A stretch of 64,000 nucleotides of DNA, taken from the NCBI RefSeq assembly GCF_009914755.1, contig NC_060948.1; one strand, given 5' to 3'. Every line of letters starts with the position of its first letter. The stretch's first letter is position 1. The position numbers and the translations under genes were made by a program. A model generated the notes under the pieces. The model was not told where the DNA came from, searched no databases, and saw only the letters and a program-made list of their open reading frames with translations. Positions 13,934-28,178 of this stretch are shown here, piece by piece. The stretch comes from the human T2T-CHM13v2.0 reference genome, Homo sapiens.

Positions 13934-16900
13934 GGCCTGGAATAAAGTGGAATGCTACGGTCTCGAATGGAATAAAAATGTATGGAATGGAATGCAATGA
14001 AACGGAATCGAATGTCATAGAATGTAATGGAATGCAAAAAAATGGAATCCAAAATCATTGACTGGAAAGGCTGGGTGTCGAAAGGAATTGACTCCAATGG
14101 AATGGAATCGAATGGAATGGAAGTGAATAGAATCGAACTAAATCGAATGGAATGGAATTGATAGGAACGGAATGGAAAGGAATGCAATGATTTGGCATGG
14201 AATGGAATCGAATGGCATCGAATGGAATGGAATGGAATGCAATGGAATGGAATGTATTAGAATGTAATGAACTTTAATGGAATGTACTCGAATGGATTCG
14301 ACTGGAATGGAATGTTGTGGAAGTGAATGGACTCCAATGGAATGGATTCAAAAGGAATGGAATCGTACGGAATGGAATCTAATGGAATGGAATTAAATGG
14401 AAATGAATCAAATTGAATAGCACGGAATTGAATTGAATGGAATGGAATGCAATGGAATCTAATGAAACGGAAAGGAAAGGAATGGAATGGAATGGAATGG
14501 GCTGGAATGGAAAGGAATCGAAACGAATGGAATGGAATCGAACTGAAGAGACTGGAATGGAATGCACTGGAATGGAAGGGAGTGTAATGGAAGGTTCTCG
14601 AAAAAAATGGAATCGAATGGAATGGAATTGAATGGAACGGAATAGAGTCGAATGGAATTGAATGGAATGGAATGGACTAGAGTGAAATGGAATCGAACCA
14701 CAAGGAATGGACAGGAATAGAATGGTCTCGAATTGAATGGAATCGTATGGAATGGCATCAAACGGAATGGAATGGACAGCCACGGAATGGAATGCACTCG
14801 AATGCAATGGAGTCGAAACTAATGGACTGGAATAGAATGGACTCGACTGGTACGGACTCCAATGGAATGGAATCGAATGGAAGGGAATCGAACGGAATGG
14901 ACTCGAAGGGAAAAGACTGCAATGGAAAGGTCTCGAATGGAATGGAAATTAATGGAATGGAATGGAATCGAATGAAATGGAGTCAAAAGGAATGGAATCG
15001 AATGGCAAGAAATCGAATGTAATGGAATCGCAAGGAATTGATGTGAACGGAACGGAATGGAATGGAATCCAAAGGAATGGAATAGAATGGAATGGAATCG
15101 AATGGAAAGGACTCGAATGGAAATCACTCGAATAGAATGCAATTTAATAAAATAGGATCAAATGTAATGGAATGGAATGGAAAGGAATCAAAACGAAAGG
15201 AATGGAGACAGATGGAATGGAATGGAACAGAGAGCAATGGTATAGAATGGAATGGAATCATCTGGAATGGAATTGAATGGAATGGAATAATATGAAATGG
15301 AATGGAATGGAATGGAATGGAATGCCCTTGAATTAAATGGACTGGAATGGAATGGACTCGAACAGAGTGGAATGGAAAGTGTTGAGATAGAATGGAATGG
15401 ACTCCTTTGGAATGGTGTAGTATGCAATGCAATCGACTGGCAGGGAATCAAAAGGAATGTAATGGAATGGATTGGACTGGAATGCAATGGACTCGAATAG
15501 ATTGGAAACGGAATGCAAAGGAATGGAATGGAATAGTATGGAATGGAATGGAAAGGAATGGAGTGGAATAGACTAGAGTGGAATGGAATGGACTGGAAAG
15601 CAATGGACTGGAATGGAACTTTCTTGAATGGACTGGAATCAAACGGAATGGAATGCAATGCATTCAAATTGCATGGAATAAAATAGAATGAAAGAGAATG
15701 AAATGGAATTGAATCGAATGGAATCGAATGGATTGGAAAGGAATAGAATGGAATGGAATGGAATTGACTCAAATGGAATGGACTAGAATGGAATGGATTC
15801 GAATGGAAGGCAAAGGAATGGAATCTATTGGAATGGACTGTAATGGAATGGAATGGAAGGGATTGGAATGGACTCGAATGGAATGGACTGCAATAGAAAG
15901 GATTCGAATGGAATGAAAAAGAATTGAATGGAATAGAACAGAATGGAATCAAATCGAATGAAATGGAATGGAATAGAAAGGAATGGAATGAAATGGAATG
16001 GAAAGGATTCGAATGGAATGCAATCGAATGGAATGGAATCGAACGGAATGGAATAAAATGGAAGAAAACTGGCAAGAAATGGAATCGAAATGAATGGAGT
16101 GTTATGGAACGGACTCAAAAGGAATTGAATGTAATAGAATGGAGTGGAGTGGACTCGAATATAATGGACTGGAATGGAATGAAATCACATGGAATGGGAA
16201 CGAATGGAATGGAATGGATAGGAATGGAATCGAATGGAAAGGAATCGAATGGAAGGGAATGAAATTGAATCAACAGGAATGGAAGGGAATAGAATAGACG
16301 GTAATGGAATGGACTCGAATAGAATGGACACGAATGCTCAAATTGAATGGACTCGAATGGAATGGAAACGAAAGGAATGTCATCGAATGGAATTGAATCG
16401 ATTGGAATGAAATCTCATAGAATGGAGTGGAATCAAATGGAATTGAATCGAAAGGAAAGGAAGCGAATGGACTGAAACGAAATGGAATGGAATTGAATGG
16501 AAAGTAATGCAATGGAATAGAATGGAACGAAATTTCACGGAATGGAATCAAACTGAATGGAATCAAATCAATGGAATCCAATCAAATGGAATGGAGTAGA
16601 TTGGATTGGATGGGATTGGAATGAAATGTACTGGAAAGGACTCGAATTTCATGAAACGAAATGGAATGAATTGGAACGGAATGGACTCGAATGGAATGGA
16701 ATGTCATAGAATGGCATCAAATGGAATGGCATCAAATGGAATGGAATCGAATGCAATGGAATGCTATGGAATGGAATGGAATGCATTGGAATGGAATGTC
16801 CTCTAATGGAATGGATTCGAGTGGAATGGAATCGAATATAATGGAGTCGAATGAAATGGAATTGAAAGGAATGGGATCGAATACAATGGAATATACTGGA

Positions 16901-17477
16901 ATGTAATGTAATGAACTCGAATGTAATTGACTGGAATGGAATGTACATGAATGGAATGTAATCGAATGGAAAGTAATCCAATGGAATAGAATCTAATGCA
17001 ATAAAATCGACTCAGATAGAGTAGAATGTAATGGAATGGAGTGCAGTGCAATGGAATGGAATGGAATGGAATGCAATGGAATGGAATGGAATGGAATGGA
17101 ATGGAATGGAATGGGATGGAATGGTATGGAATGGATAGTAATGGACTGGAGTGAAATGGACTGGAAAGGAATGGACTCAAATTGAAAGGGCTCGAAAGGA
17201 ATGGAGTCAAATGGAATGGTCTGGAATGGAATGAACACGAATGTAATGCAATCCAATAGAATGGAATCGAATGGCATGGAATATAAAGAAATGGAATCGA
17301 AGAGAATGGAAACAAATGGAATGGAATTGAATGGAATGGAATTGAATGGAATGGGAACGAATGGAGTGAAATTGTATGCAGTAGAAGAGAATAGAATGGA
17401 ATGCAAGTGAAAGGAAAGGAATGGATTGGAATGGAATGGAATTCATTGGAATGGAAGGGAATGTAGTGTAATGGACA
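13934..17477. repeat. DYZ1 unit 5 (3544 bp)
   Basis: 3564 - 15 (~16590) - 5 (variable tract). Confidence 0.92.
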
Positions 17478-20400
17478 GGCCTGGAATAAAGTGGAATGCT
17501 ACGGTCTCGAATGGAATAAAAATGTATGGAATGGAATGCAATGAAACGGAATCGAATGTCATAGAATGTAATGGAATGCAAAAAAATGGAATCCAAAATC
17601 ATTGACTGGAAAGGCTGGGTGTCGAAAGGAATTGACTCCAATGGAATGGAATCGAATGGAATGGAAGTGAATAGAATCGAACTAAATCGAATGGAATGGA
17701 ATTGATAGGAACGGAATGGAAAGGAATGCAATGATTTGGCATGGAATGGAATCGAATGGCATCGAATGGAATGGAATGGAATGCAATGGAATGGAATGTA
17801 TTAGAATGTAATGAACTTTAATGGAATGTACTCGAATGGATTCGACTGGAATGGAATGTTCTGGAAGTGAATGGACTCCAATGGAATGGATTCAAAAGGA
17901 ATGGAATCGTACGGAATGGAATCTAATGGAATGGAATTAAATGGAAATGAATCAAATTGAATAGCACGGAATTGAATTGAATGGAATGGAATGCAATGGA
18001 ATCTAATGAAACGGAAAGGAAAGGAATGGAATGGAATGGAATGGGATGGAATGGAAAGGAATCGAAACGAATGGAATGGAATCGAACTGAAGAGACTGGA
18101 ATGGAATGCACTGGAATGGAAGGGAGTGTAATGGAAGGTTCTCGAAAAAAATGGAATCGAATGGAATGGAATTGAATGGAACGGAATAGAGTCGAATGGA
18201 ATTGAATGGAATGGAATGGACTAGAGTGAAATGGAATCGAACCACAAGGAATGGACAGGAATAGAATGTTCTCGAATTGAATGGAATCGTATGGAATGGC
18301 ATCAAACGGAATGGAATGGACAGCCACGGAATGGAATGCACTCGAATGCAATGGAGTCGAAACTAATGGACTGGAATAGAATGGACTCGACTGGTACGGA
18401 CTCCAATGGAATGGAATCGAATGGAAGGGAATCGAACGGAATGGACTCGAAGGGAAAAGACTGCAATGGAAAGGTCTCGAATGGAATGGAAATTAATGGA
18501 ATGGAATGGAATCGAATGAAATGGAGTCAAAAGGAATGGAATCGAATGGCAAGAAATCGAATGTAATGGAATCGCAAGGAATTGATGTGAACGGAACGGA
18601 ATGGAATGGAATCCAAAGGAATGGAATAGAATGGAATGGAATCGAATGGAAAGGACTCGAATGGAAATCACTCGAATAGAATGCAATTTAATAAAATAGG
18701 ATCAAATGTAATGGAATGGAATGGAAAGGAATCGAAACGAAAGGAATGGAGACAGATGGAATGGAATGGAACAGAGAGCAATGGTATAGAAAGGAATGGA
18801 ATCATCTGGAATGGAATTGAATGGAATGGAATAATATGAAATGGAATGGAATGGAATGGAATGCCCTTGAATTAAATGGACTGGAATGGAATGGACTCGA
18901 ACAGAGTGGAATGGAAAGTGTTGAGATAGAATGGAATGGACTCGTTTGGAATGGTCTAGTAGGCAATGCAATCGACTGGCAGGGAATCAAAAGGAATGTA
19001 ATGGAATGGATTGGACTGGAATGCAATGGACTCGAATAGATTGGAAACGGAATGCAAAGGAATGGAATGGAATAGTATGGAATGGAATGGAAAGGAATGG
19101 AGTGGAATAGACTAGAGTGGAATGGAATGGACTCGAAAGCAATGGACTGGAATGCAACTTTCTTGAATGGACTGGAATCAAACGGAATGGAATGCAATGC
19201 AATCAAATGGCGTGGAATAAAATAGAATGAAAGAGAATCAAATGGAATTGAATCGAATGGAATCGAATGGATTGGAAAGGAATAGAATGGAATGGAATGG
19301 AATTGACTCAAATGGAATGGACTAGAATGGAATGGATTCGAATGGAAGGCAAAGGAATGGAATCTATTGGAATGGACTGTAATGGAATGGAATGGAAGGA
19401 ATTGGAATGGACTCGAATGGAATGGACTGCAATAGAAAGGATTCGAATGGAATGAAAAAGAATTGAATGGAATAGAACAGAATGGAATCAAATCGAATGA
19501 AATGGAATGGAATAGAAAGGAATGGAATGAAATGGAATGGAAAGGATTCGAATGGAATGCAATCGAATGGAATGGAATCGAACGGAATGGAATAAAATGG
19601 AAGAAAACTGGCAAGAAATGGAATCGAAATGAATGGAGTGTTATGGAACGGACTCAAAAGGAATTGAATGTAATAGAATGGAGTGGAGTGGACTCGAATA
19701 TAATGGACTGGAATGGAATGAAATCACATGGAATGGGAACGAATGGAATGGAATGGAAAGGAATGGAATCGAATGGAAAGGAATCGAATGGAAGGGAATG
19801 AAATTGAATCAACAGGAATGGAAGGGAGTAGAATAGACGGTAATGGAATGGACTGGAATAGAATGGACACGAATGCTCAAATTGAATGCACTCGAATGGA
19901 ATGGAAACGAAAGGAATGTCATCGAATGGAATTGAATCGATTGGAATGAAATTGCATAGAATGGAGTGGAATCAAATGGAATTGAATCGAAAGGAAAGGA
20001 AGCGAATGGACTGAAATGAAATGGACTGGAATTGAATGGAAAGATATGTAATGGAATAGAATGGAACGACATTTCACGGAATGGAATCAAACTGAATGGA
20101 ATCAAATCAATGGAATCAAATCAAATGGAATGGAAAGGAATTGAATGGAGTAGATTGGATTGGATGGGATTGGAATGAAATGTACTGGAAAGGACTCGAA
20201 TTTCATGAAACGGAATGGAATGAATTGGAACGGAACGGACTCGAATGGAATGGAATGTCATGGAATGGCATCAAATGGAATGGCATCAAATGGAATGGAA
20301 TCGAATGCAATGGAATGCTATGGAATGGAATGGAATGCATTGGAATGGAATGTCCTCTAATGGAATGGATTCGAGTGGAATGGAATCGAATATAATGGAG

Positions 20401-21036
20401 TCGAATGAAATGGAATTGAAAGGAATGGGATCGAATACAATGGAATATACTGGAATGTAATGTAATGAACTCGAATGTAATTGACTGGAATGGAATGTAC
20501 ATGAATGGAATGTAATCGAATGGAAAGTAATCCAATGGAATAGAATCTAATGCAATAAAATCGACTCAGATAGAGTAGAATGTAATGGAATGGAGTGCAG
20601 TGCAATGGAATGGAATGGAATGGAATGCAATGGAATGGAATGCAATGGAATGGAATGGGATGGAATGGTGTGGAATGGATAGTAATGGACTGGAGTGAAA
20701 TGGACTGGAAAGGAATGGACTCAAATTGAAAGGGCTCGAAAGGAATGGAGTCAAATGGAATGGTCTGGAATGGAATGAACACGAATGTAATGCAATCCAA
20801 TAGAATGGAATCGAATGGCATGGAATATAAAGAAATGGAATCGAAGAGAATGGAAACAAATGGAATGGAATTGAGTGGAATGGAATTGAATGGAATGGAA
20901 TTTAATGGAATGGGAACGAATGGAGTGAAATTGTATGCAGTAGAAGAGAATAGAATGGAATGCAAGCGAAAGGAAAGGAATGGATTGGAATGGAATGGAA
21001 TTCATTGGAATGGAAGGGAATGTAGTGTAATGGACA
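17478..21036. repeat. DYZ1 unit 6 (3559 bp)
   Basis: 3564 - 5 (~18850) - 15 (variable tract) + 15 (~20870-20910). Confidence 0.92.
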
Positions 21037-24000
21037 GGCCTGGAATAAAGTGGAATGCTACGGTCTCGAATGGAATAAAAATGTATGGAATGGAATGCAA
21101 TGAAACGGAATCGAATGTCATAGAATGTAATGGAATGCAAAAAAATGGAATCCAAAATCATTGACTGGAAAGGCTGGGTGTCGAAAGGAATTGACTCCAA
21201 TGGAATGGAATCGAATGGAATGGAAGTGAATAGAATCGAACTAAATCGAATGGAATGGAATTGATAGGAACGGAATGGAAAGGAATGCAATGATTTGGCA
21301 TGGAATGGAATCGAATGGCATCGAATGGAATGGAATGGAATGCAATGGAATGGAATGTATTAGAATGTAATGAACTTTAATGGAATGTACTCGAATGGAT
21401 TCGACTGGAATGGAATGTTGTGGAAGTGAATGGACTCCAATGGAATGGATTCAAAAGGAATGGAATCGTACGGAATGGAATCTAATGGAATGGAATTAAA
21501 TGGAAATGAATCAAATTGAATAGCACGGAATTGAATTGAATGGAATCGAATGCAATGGAATCTAATGAAACGGAAAGGAAAGGAATGGAATGGAATGGAA
21601 TGGGCTGGAATGGAAAGGAATCGAAACGAATGGAATGGAATCGAACTGAAGAGACTGGAATGGAATGCACTGGAATGGAAGGGAGTGTAATGGAAGGTTC
21701 TCGAAAAAAATGGAATCGAATGGAATGGAATTGAATGGAACGGAATAGAGTCGAATGGAATTGAATGGAATGGAATGGACTAGAGTGAAATGGAATCGAA
21801 CCACAAGGAATGGACATGAATAGAATGGTCTCGAATTGAATGGAATCGTATGGAATGGCATCAAACGGAATGGAATGGACAGCCACGGAATGGAATGCAC
21901 TCGAATGCAATGGAGTCGAAACTAATGGACTGGAATAGAATGGACTCGACTGGTACGGACTCCAATGGAATGGAATCGAATGGAAGGGAATCGAACGGAA
22001 TGGACTCGAAGGGAAAAGACTGCAATGGAAAGGTCTGGAATGGAATGGAAATTAATGGAATGGAATGGAATCGAATGAAATGGAGTCAAAAGGAATGGAA
22101 TCGAATGGCAAGAAATCGAATGTAATGGAATCACAAGGAATTGATGTGAACGGAACGGAATGCAATGGAATCCAAAGGAATGGAATAGAATGGAATGGAA
22201 TCGAATGGAAAGGACTCGAATGGAAATCACTCGAATAGAATGCAATTTAATAAAATAGGATCAAATGTAATGGAATGGAATGGAAAGGAATCGAAACGAA
22301 AGGAATGGAGACAGATGGAATGGAATGGAACAGAGAGCAATGGTATAGAATGGAATGGAATCATCTGGAATGGAATTGAATGGAATGGAATAATATGAAA
22401 TGGAATGGAATGGAATGGAATGGAATGCCCTTGAATTAAATGGACTGGAATGGAATGGACTCGAACAGAGTGGAATGGAAAGTGTTGAGATAGAATGGAA
22501 TGGACTCCTTTGGAATGGTGTAGTATGCAATGCAATCGACTGGCAGGGAATCAAAAGGAATGTAATGGAATGGATTGGACTGGAATGCAATGGACTCGAA
22601 TAGATTGGAAACGGAATGCAAAGGAATGGAATGGAATAGTATGGAATGGAATGGAAAGGAATGGAGTGGAATAGACTAGAGTGGAATGGAATGGACTGGA
22701 AAGCAATGGACTGGAATGGAACTTTCTTGAATGGACTGGAATCAAACGGAATGGAATGCAATGCAATCAAATGGCATGGAATAAAATAGAATGAAAGAGA
22801 ATCAAATGGAATTGAATCGAATGGAATCGAATGGATTGGAAAGGAATAGAATGGAATGGAATGGAATTGACTCAAATGGAATGGACTAGAATGGAATGGA
22901 TTCGAATGGAAGGCAAAGGAATGGAATCTATTGGAATGGACTGTAATGGAATGGAATGGAAGGGATTGGAATGGACTCGAATGGAATGGACTGCAATAGA
23001 AAGGATTCGAATGGAATGAAAAAGAATTGAATGGAATAGAACAGAATGGAATCAAATCGAATGAAATGGAATGGAATAGAAAGGAATGGAATGAAATGGA
23101 ATGGAAAGGATTCGAATGGAATGCAATCGAATGGAATGGAATCGAACGGAATGGAATAAAATGGAAGAAAACTGGCAAGAAATGGAATCGAAATGAATGG
23201 AGTGTTATGGAACGGACTCAAAAGGAATTGAATGTAATAGAATGGAGTGGAGTGGACTCGAATATAATGGACTGGAATGGAATGAAATCACATGGAATGG
23301 GAACGAATGGAATGGAATGGAAAGGAATGGAATCGAATGGAAAGGAATCGAATGGAAGGGAATGAAATTGAATCAACAGGAATGGAAGGGAATTGAATAG
23401 ACGGTAATGGAATGGACTCGAATAGAATGGACACGAATGCTCAAATTGAATGGACTCGAATGGAATGGAAACGAAAGGAATGTCATCGAATGGAATTGAA
23501 TCGATTGGAATGAAATCGCATAGAATGGAGTGGAATCAAATGGAATTGAATCGAAAGGAAAGGAAGCGAATGGACTGAAATGAAATGGAATGGAATTGAA
23601 TGGAAAGTAATGCAATGGAATAGAATGGAACGAAATTTCACGGAATGGAATCAAACTGAATGGAATCAAATCAATGGAATCCAATCAAATGGAATGGAGT
23701 AGATTGGATTGGATGAGATTGGAATGAAATATACTGGAAAGGACTCGAATTTCATGAAACGGAATGGAATGAATTGGAACGGAATGGACTCGAATGGAAT
23801 GGAATGTCATAGAATGGCATCAAATGGAATGGCATCAAATGGAATGGAATCGAATGCAATGGAATGCTATGGAATGGAATGGAATGCATTGGAATGGAAT
23901 GTCCTCTAATGGAATGGATTCGAGTGGAATGGAATCGAATATAATGGAGTCGAATGAAATGGAATTGAAAAGAATGGGATCGAATACAATGGAATATACT

Positions 24001-24580
24001 GGAATGTAATGTAATGAACTCGAATGTAATTGACTGGAATGGAATGTACATGAATGGAATGTAATCGAATGGAAAGTAATCCAATGGAATAGAATCTAAT
24101 GCAATAAAATCGACTCAGATAGAGTAGAATGTAATGGAATGGAGTGCAGTGCAATGGAATGGAATGGAATGGAATGCAATGGAATGGAATGGAATGGAAT
24201 GGAATGGAATGGAATGGGATGGAATGGTATGGAATGGATAGTAATGGACTGGAGTGAAATGGACTGGAAAGGAATGGACTCAAATTGAAAGGGCTGGAAA
24301 GGAATGGAGTCAAATGGAATGGTCTGGAATGGAATGAACACGAAAGTAATGCAATCCAATAGAATGGAATCGAATGGCATGGAATATAATGAAATGGAAT
24401 CGAAGAGAATGGAAACAAATGGAATGGAATTGAATGGAATGGAATTGAATGGAATGGGAACGAATGGAGTGAAATTGTATGCAGTAGAAGGGAATAGAAT
24501 GGAATGCAAGCGAAAGGAAAGGAATGGATTGGAATGGAATGGAATTCATTGGAATGGAAGGGAATGTAGTGTAATGGACA
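21037..24580. repeat. DYZ1 unit 7 (3544 bp)
   Basis: 3564 - 15 (~23690) - 5 (variable tract). Confidence 0.92.
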
Positions 24581-27500
24581 GGCCTGGAATAAAGTGGAAT
24601 GCTACGGTCTGGAATGGAATAAAAATGTATGGAATGGAATGCAATGAAACGGAATCGAATGTCATAGAATGTAATGGAATGCAAAAAAATGGAATCCAAA
24701 ATCATTGACTGGAAAGGCTGGGTGTCGAAAGGAATTGACTCCAATGGAATGGAATCGAATGGAATGGAAGTGAATAGAATCGAACTAAATCGAATGGAAT
24801 GGAATTGATAGGAACGGAATGGAAAGGAATGCAATGATTTGGCACGGAATGGAATCGAATGGCATCGAATGGAATGGAATGGAATGCAATGGAATGGAAC
24901 GTATTAGAATGTAATGAACTTTAATGGAATGTACTCGAATGGAATCGAGTGGAATGGAATGTTCTGGAAGTGAATGGACTCCAATGGAATGGATTCAAAA
25001 GGAATGGAATCGTACGGAATGGAATCTAATGGAATGGAATTAAATGGAAATGAATCTAATTGAATAGCACGGAATTGAATTGAATGGAATGGAATGCAAT
25101 GGAATCTAATGAAACGGAAAGGAAAGGAATGGAATGGAATGGAATGGGCTGGAATGGAAAGGAATCGAAACGAATGGAATGGAATCGAATTGACGAGACT
25201 GGAATGGAATGCACTGGAATGGAAGGGAGTGTAATGGAAGGTTCTCGAAAAAAATGGAATCGAATGGAATGGAATTGAATGGAACGGAATAGAGTCGAAT
25301 GGAATTGAATAGAATGGAATGGACTAGAGTGAAATGGAATCGAACCACAAGGAATGGACAGGAATAGAATGGTCTCGAATTGAATGGAATCGTATGGAAT
25401 GGCATCAAACGGAATGGAATGGACAGCCACGGAATGGAATGGACACCCACGGAATGGAATGCACTCGAATGCAATGGAGTCGACACTAATGGACTGGAAT
25501 AGAATGGACTCGACTGGTACGGACTCCAATGGAATGGAATCGAATGGAAGGGAATCGAACGGAATGGACTCGAAGGGAAAAGACTGCAATGGAAAGGTCT
25601 GGAATGGAATGGAAATTAATGGAATGGAATGGAATCGAATGAAATGGAGTCAAAAGGAATGGAATCGAATGGCAAGAAATCGAATGTAATGGAATCGCAA
25701 GGAATTGATGTGAACGGAACGGAATGGAATGGAATCCAAAGGAATGGAATAGAATGGAATGGAATCGAATGGAAAGGACTCGAATGGAAATCACTCGAAT
25801 AGAATGCAATTTAATAAAATAGGATCAAATGTAATGGAATGGAATGGAAAGGAATCGAAACGAAAGGAATGGAGACAGATGGAATGGAATGGAACAGAGA
25901 GCAATGGTATAGAATGGAATGGAATCATCTGGAATGGAATTGAATGGAATGGAATAATATGAAATGGAATGGAATGGAATGGAATGGAATGCCCTTGAAT
26001 TAAATGGACTGGAATGGAATGGACTCGAACAGAGTGGAATGGAAAGTGTTGAGATAGAATGGAATGGACTCCTTTGGAATGGTGTAGTATGCAATGCAAT
26101 CGACTGGCAGGGAATCAAAAGGAATGTAATGGAATGGATTGGACAGGAATGAAATGGACTCGAATAGATTGGAAACGGAATGCAAAGGAATGGAATGGAA
26201 TAGTATGGAATGGAATGGAAAGGAATGGAGTGGAATAGACTAGAGTGGAATGGAATGGACTGGAAAGCAATAGACTGGAATGGAACTTTTTGAATGGACT
26301 GGAATCAAACGGAATGGAATGCAATGCAATCAAATGGCATGGAATAAAATAGAATGAAAGAGAATCAAATGGAATTGAATCGAATGGAATCGAATGGATT
26401 GGAAAGGAATAGAATGGAATGGAATGGAATTGACTCAAATGGAATGGACTAGAATGGAATGGATTCGAATGGAAGGCAAAGGAATGGAATCTATTGGAAT
26501 GGACTGTAATGGAATGGAATGGAAGGGATTGGAATGGACTCGAATGGAATGGACTGCAATAGAAAGGATTCGAATGGAATGAAAAAGAATTGAATGGAAT
26601 AGAACAGAATGGAATCAAATCGAATGAAATGGAATGGAATAGAAAGGAATGGAATGAAATGGAATGGAAAGGATTCGAATGGAATGCAATCGAATGGAAT
26701 GGAATCGAACGGAATGGAATAAAATGGAAGAAAACTGGCAAGAAATGGAATCGAAATGAATGGAGTGTTATGGAACGGACTCAAAAGGAATTGAATGTAA
26801 TAGAATGGAGTGGAGTGGACTCGAATATAATGGACTGGAATGGAATGAAATCACATGGAATGGGAACGAATGGAATGGAATGGAAAGGAATGGAATCGAA
26901 TGGAAAGGAATCGAATGGAAGGGAATGAAATTGAATCAACAGGAATGGAAGGGAATAGAATAGACGGTAATGGAATGGACTCGAATAGAATGGACACGAA
27001 TGCTGAAATGGAATGGACTCGAATGGAATGGAAACGAAAGGAATGTCATCGAATGGAATTGAATCGATTGGAATGAAATCGCATAGAATGGAGTGGAATC
27101 AAATGGAATTGAATCGAAAGGAAAGGAAGCGAATGGACTGAAATGAAATGGAATGGAATTGAATGGAAAGTAATGCAATGGAATAGAATGGAACGAAATT
27201 TCACAGAATGGAATCAAACTGAATGGAATCAAACCAATGGAATCAAATCAAATGGAATGGAAAGGAATTGAATGGAGTAGATTGGATTGGATGGGATTGG
27301 AATGAAATGTACTGGAAAGGACTCGAATTTCATGAAACGGAATGGAATGAATTGGAACGGAACGGACTCGAATGGAATGGAATGTCATGGAATGGCATCA
27401 AATGGAATGGCATCAAATGGAATGGAATCGAATGCAATGGAATGCTATGGAATGGAATGGAATGCATTGGAATGGAATGTCCTCTAATGGAATGGATTCG

Positions 27501-28178
27501 AGTGGAATGGAATCGAATATAATGGAGTCGAATGAAATGGAATTGAAAGGAATGGGATCGAATACAATGGAATATACTGGAATGTAATGTAATGAACTCG
27601 AATGTAATTGACTGGAATGGAATGTATATGAATGGAATGTAATCGAATGGAAAGTAATCCAATGGAATAGAATCTAATGCAATAAAATCGACTCAGATAG
27701 AGTAGAATGTAATGGAATGGAGTGCAGTGCAATGGAATGGAATGGAATGGAATGCAATGGAATGGAATGGAATGGAATGGAATGGAATGGAATGGAATGG
27801 AATGGAATGGAATGGGATGGAATGGTATGGAATGGATAGTAATGGACTGGAGTGAAATGGACTGGAAAGGAATGGACTCAAATTGAAAGGGCTGGAAAGG
27901 AATGGAGTCAAATGGAATGGTCTGGAATGGAATGAACACGAAAGTAATGCAATCCAATAGAATGGAATCGAATGGCATGGAATATAATGAAATGGAATCG
28001 AAGAGAATGGAAACAAATGGAATGGAATTGAATGGAATGGAATTGAATGGAATGGGAACGAATGGAGTGAAATTGTATGCAGTAGAAGGGAATAGAATGG
28101 AATGCAAGCGAAAGGAAAGGAATGGATTGGAATGGAATGGAATTCATTGGAATGGAAGGGAATGTAGTGTAATGGACA
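24581..28178. repeat. DYZ1 unit 8 (3598 bp, longest)
   Basis: 3564 + 20 (25421-25460 duplication) - 1 (~26290) + 15 (variable tract). Confidence 0.92.
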
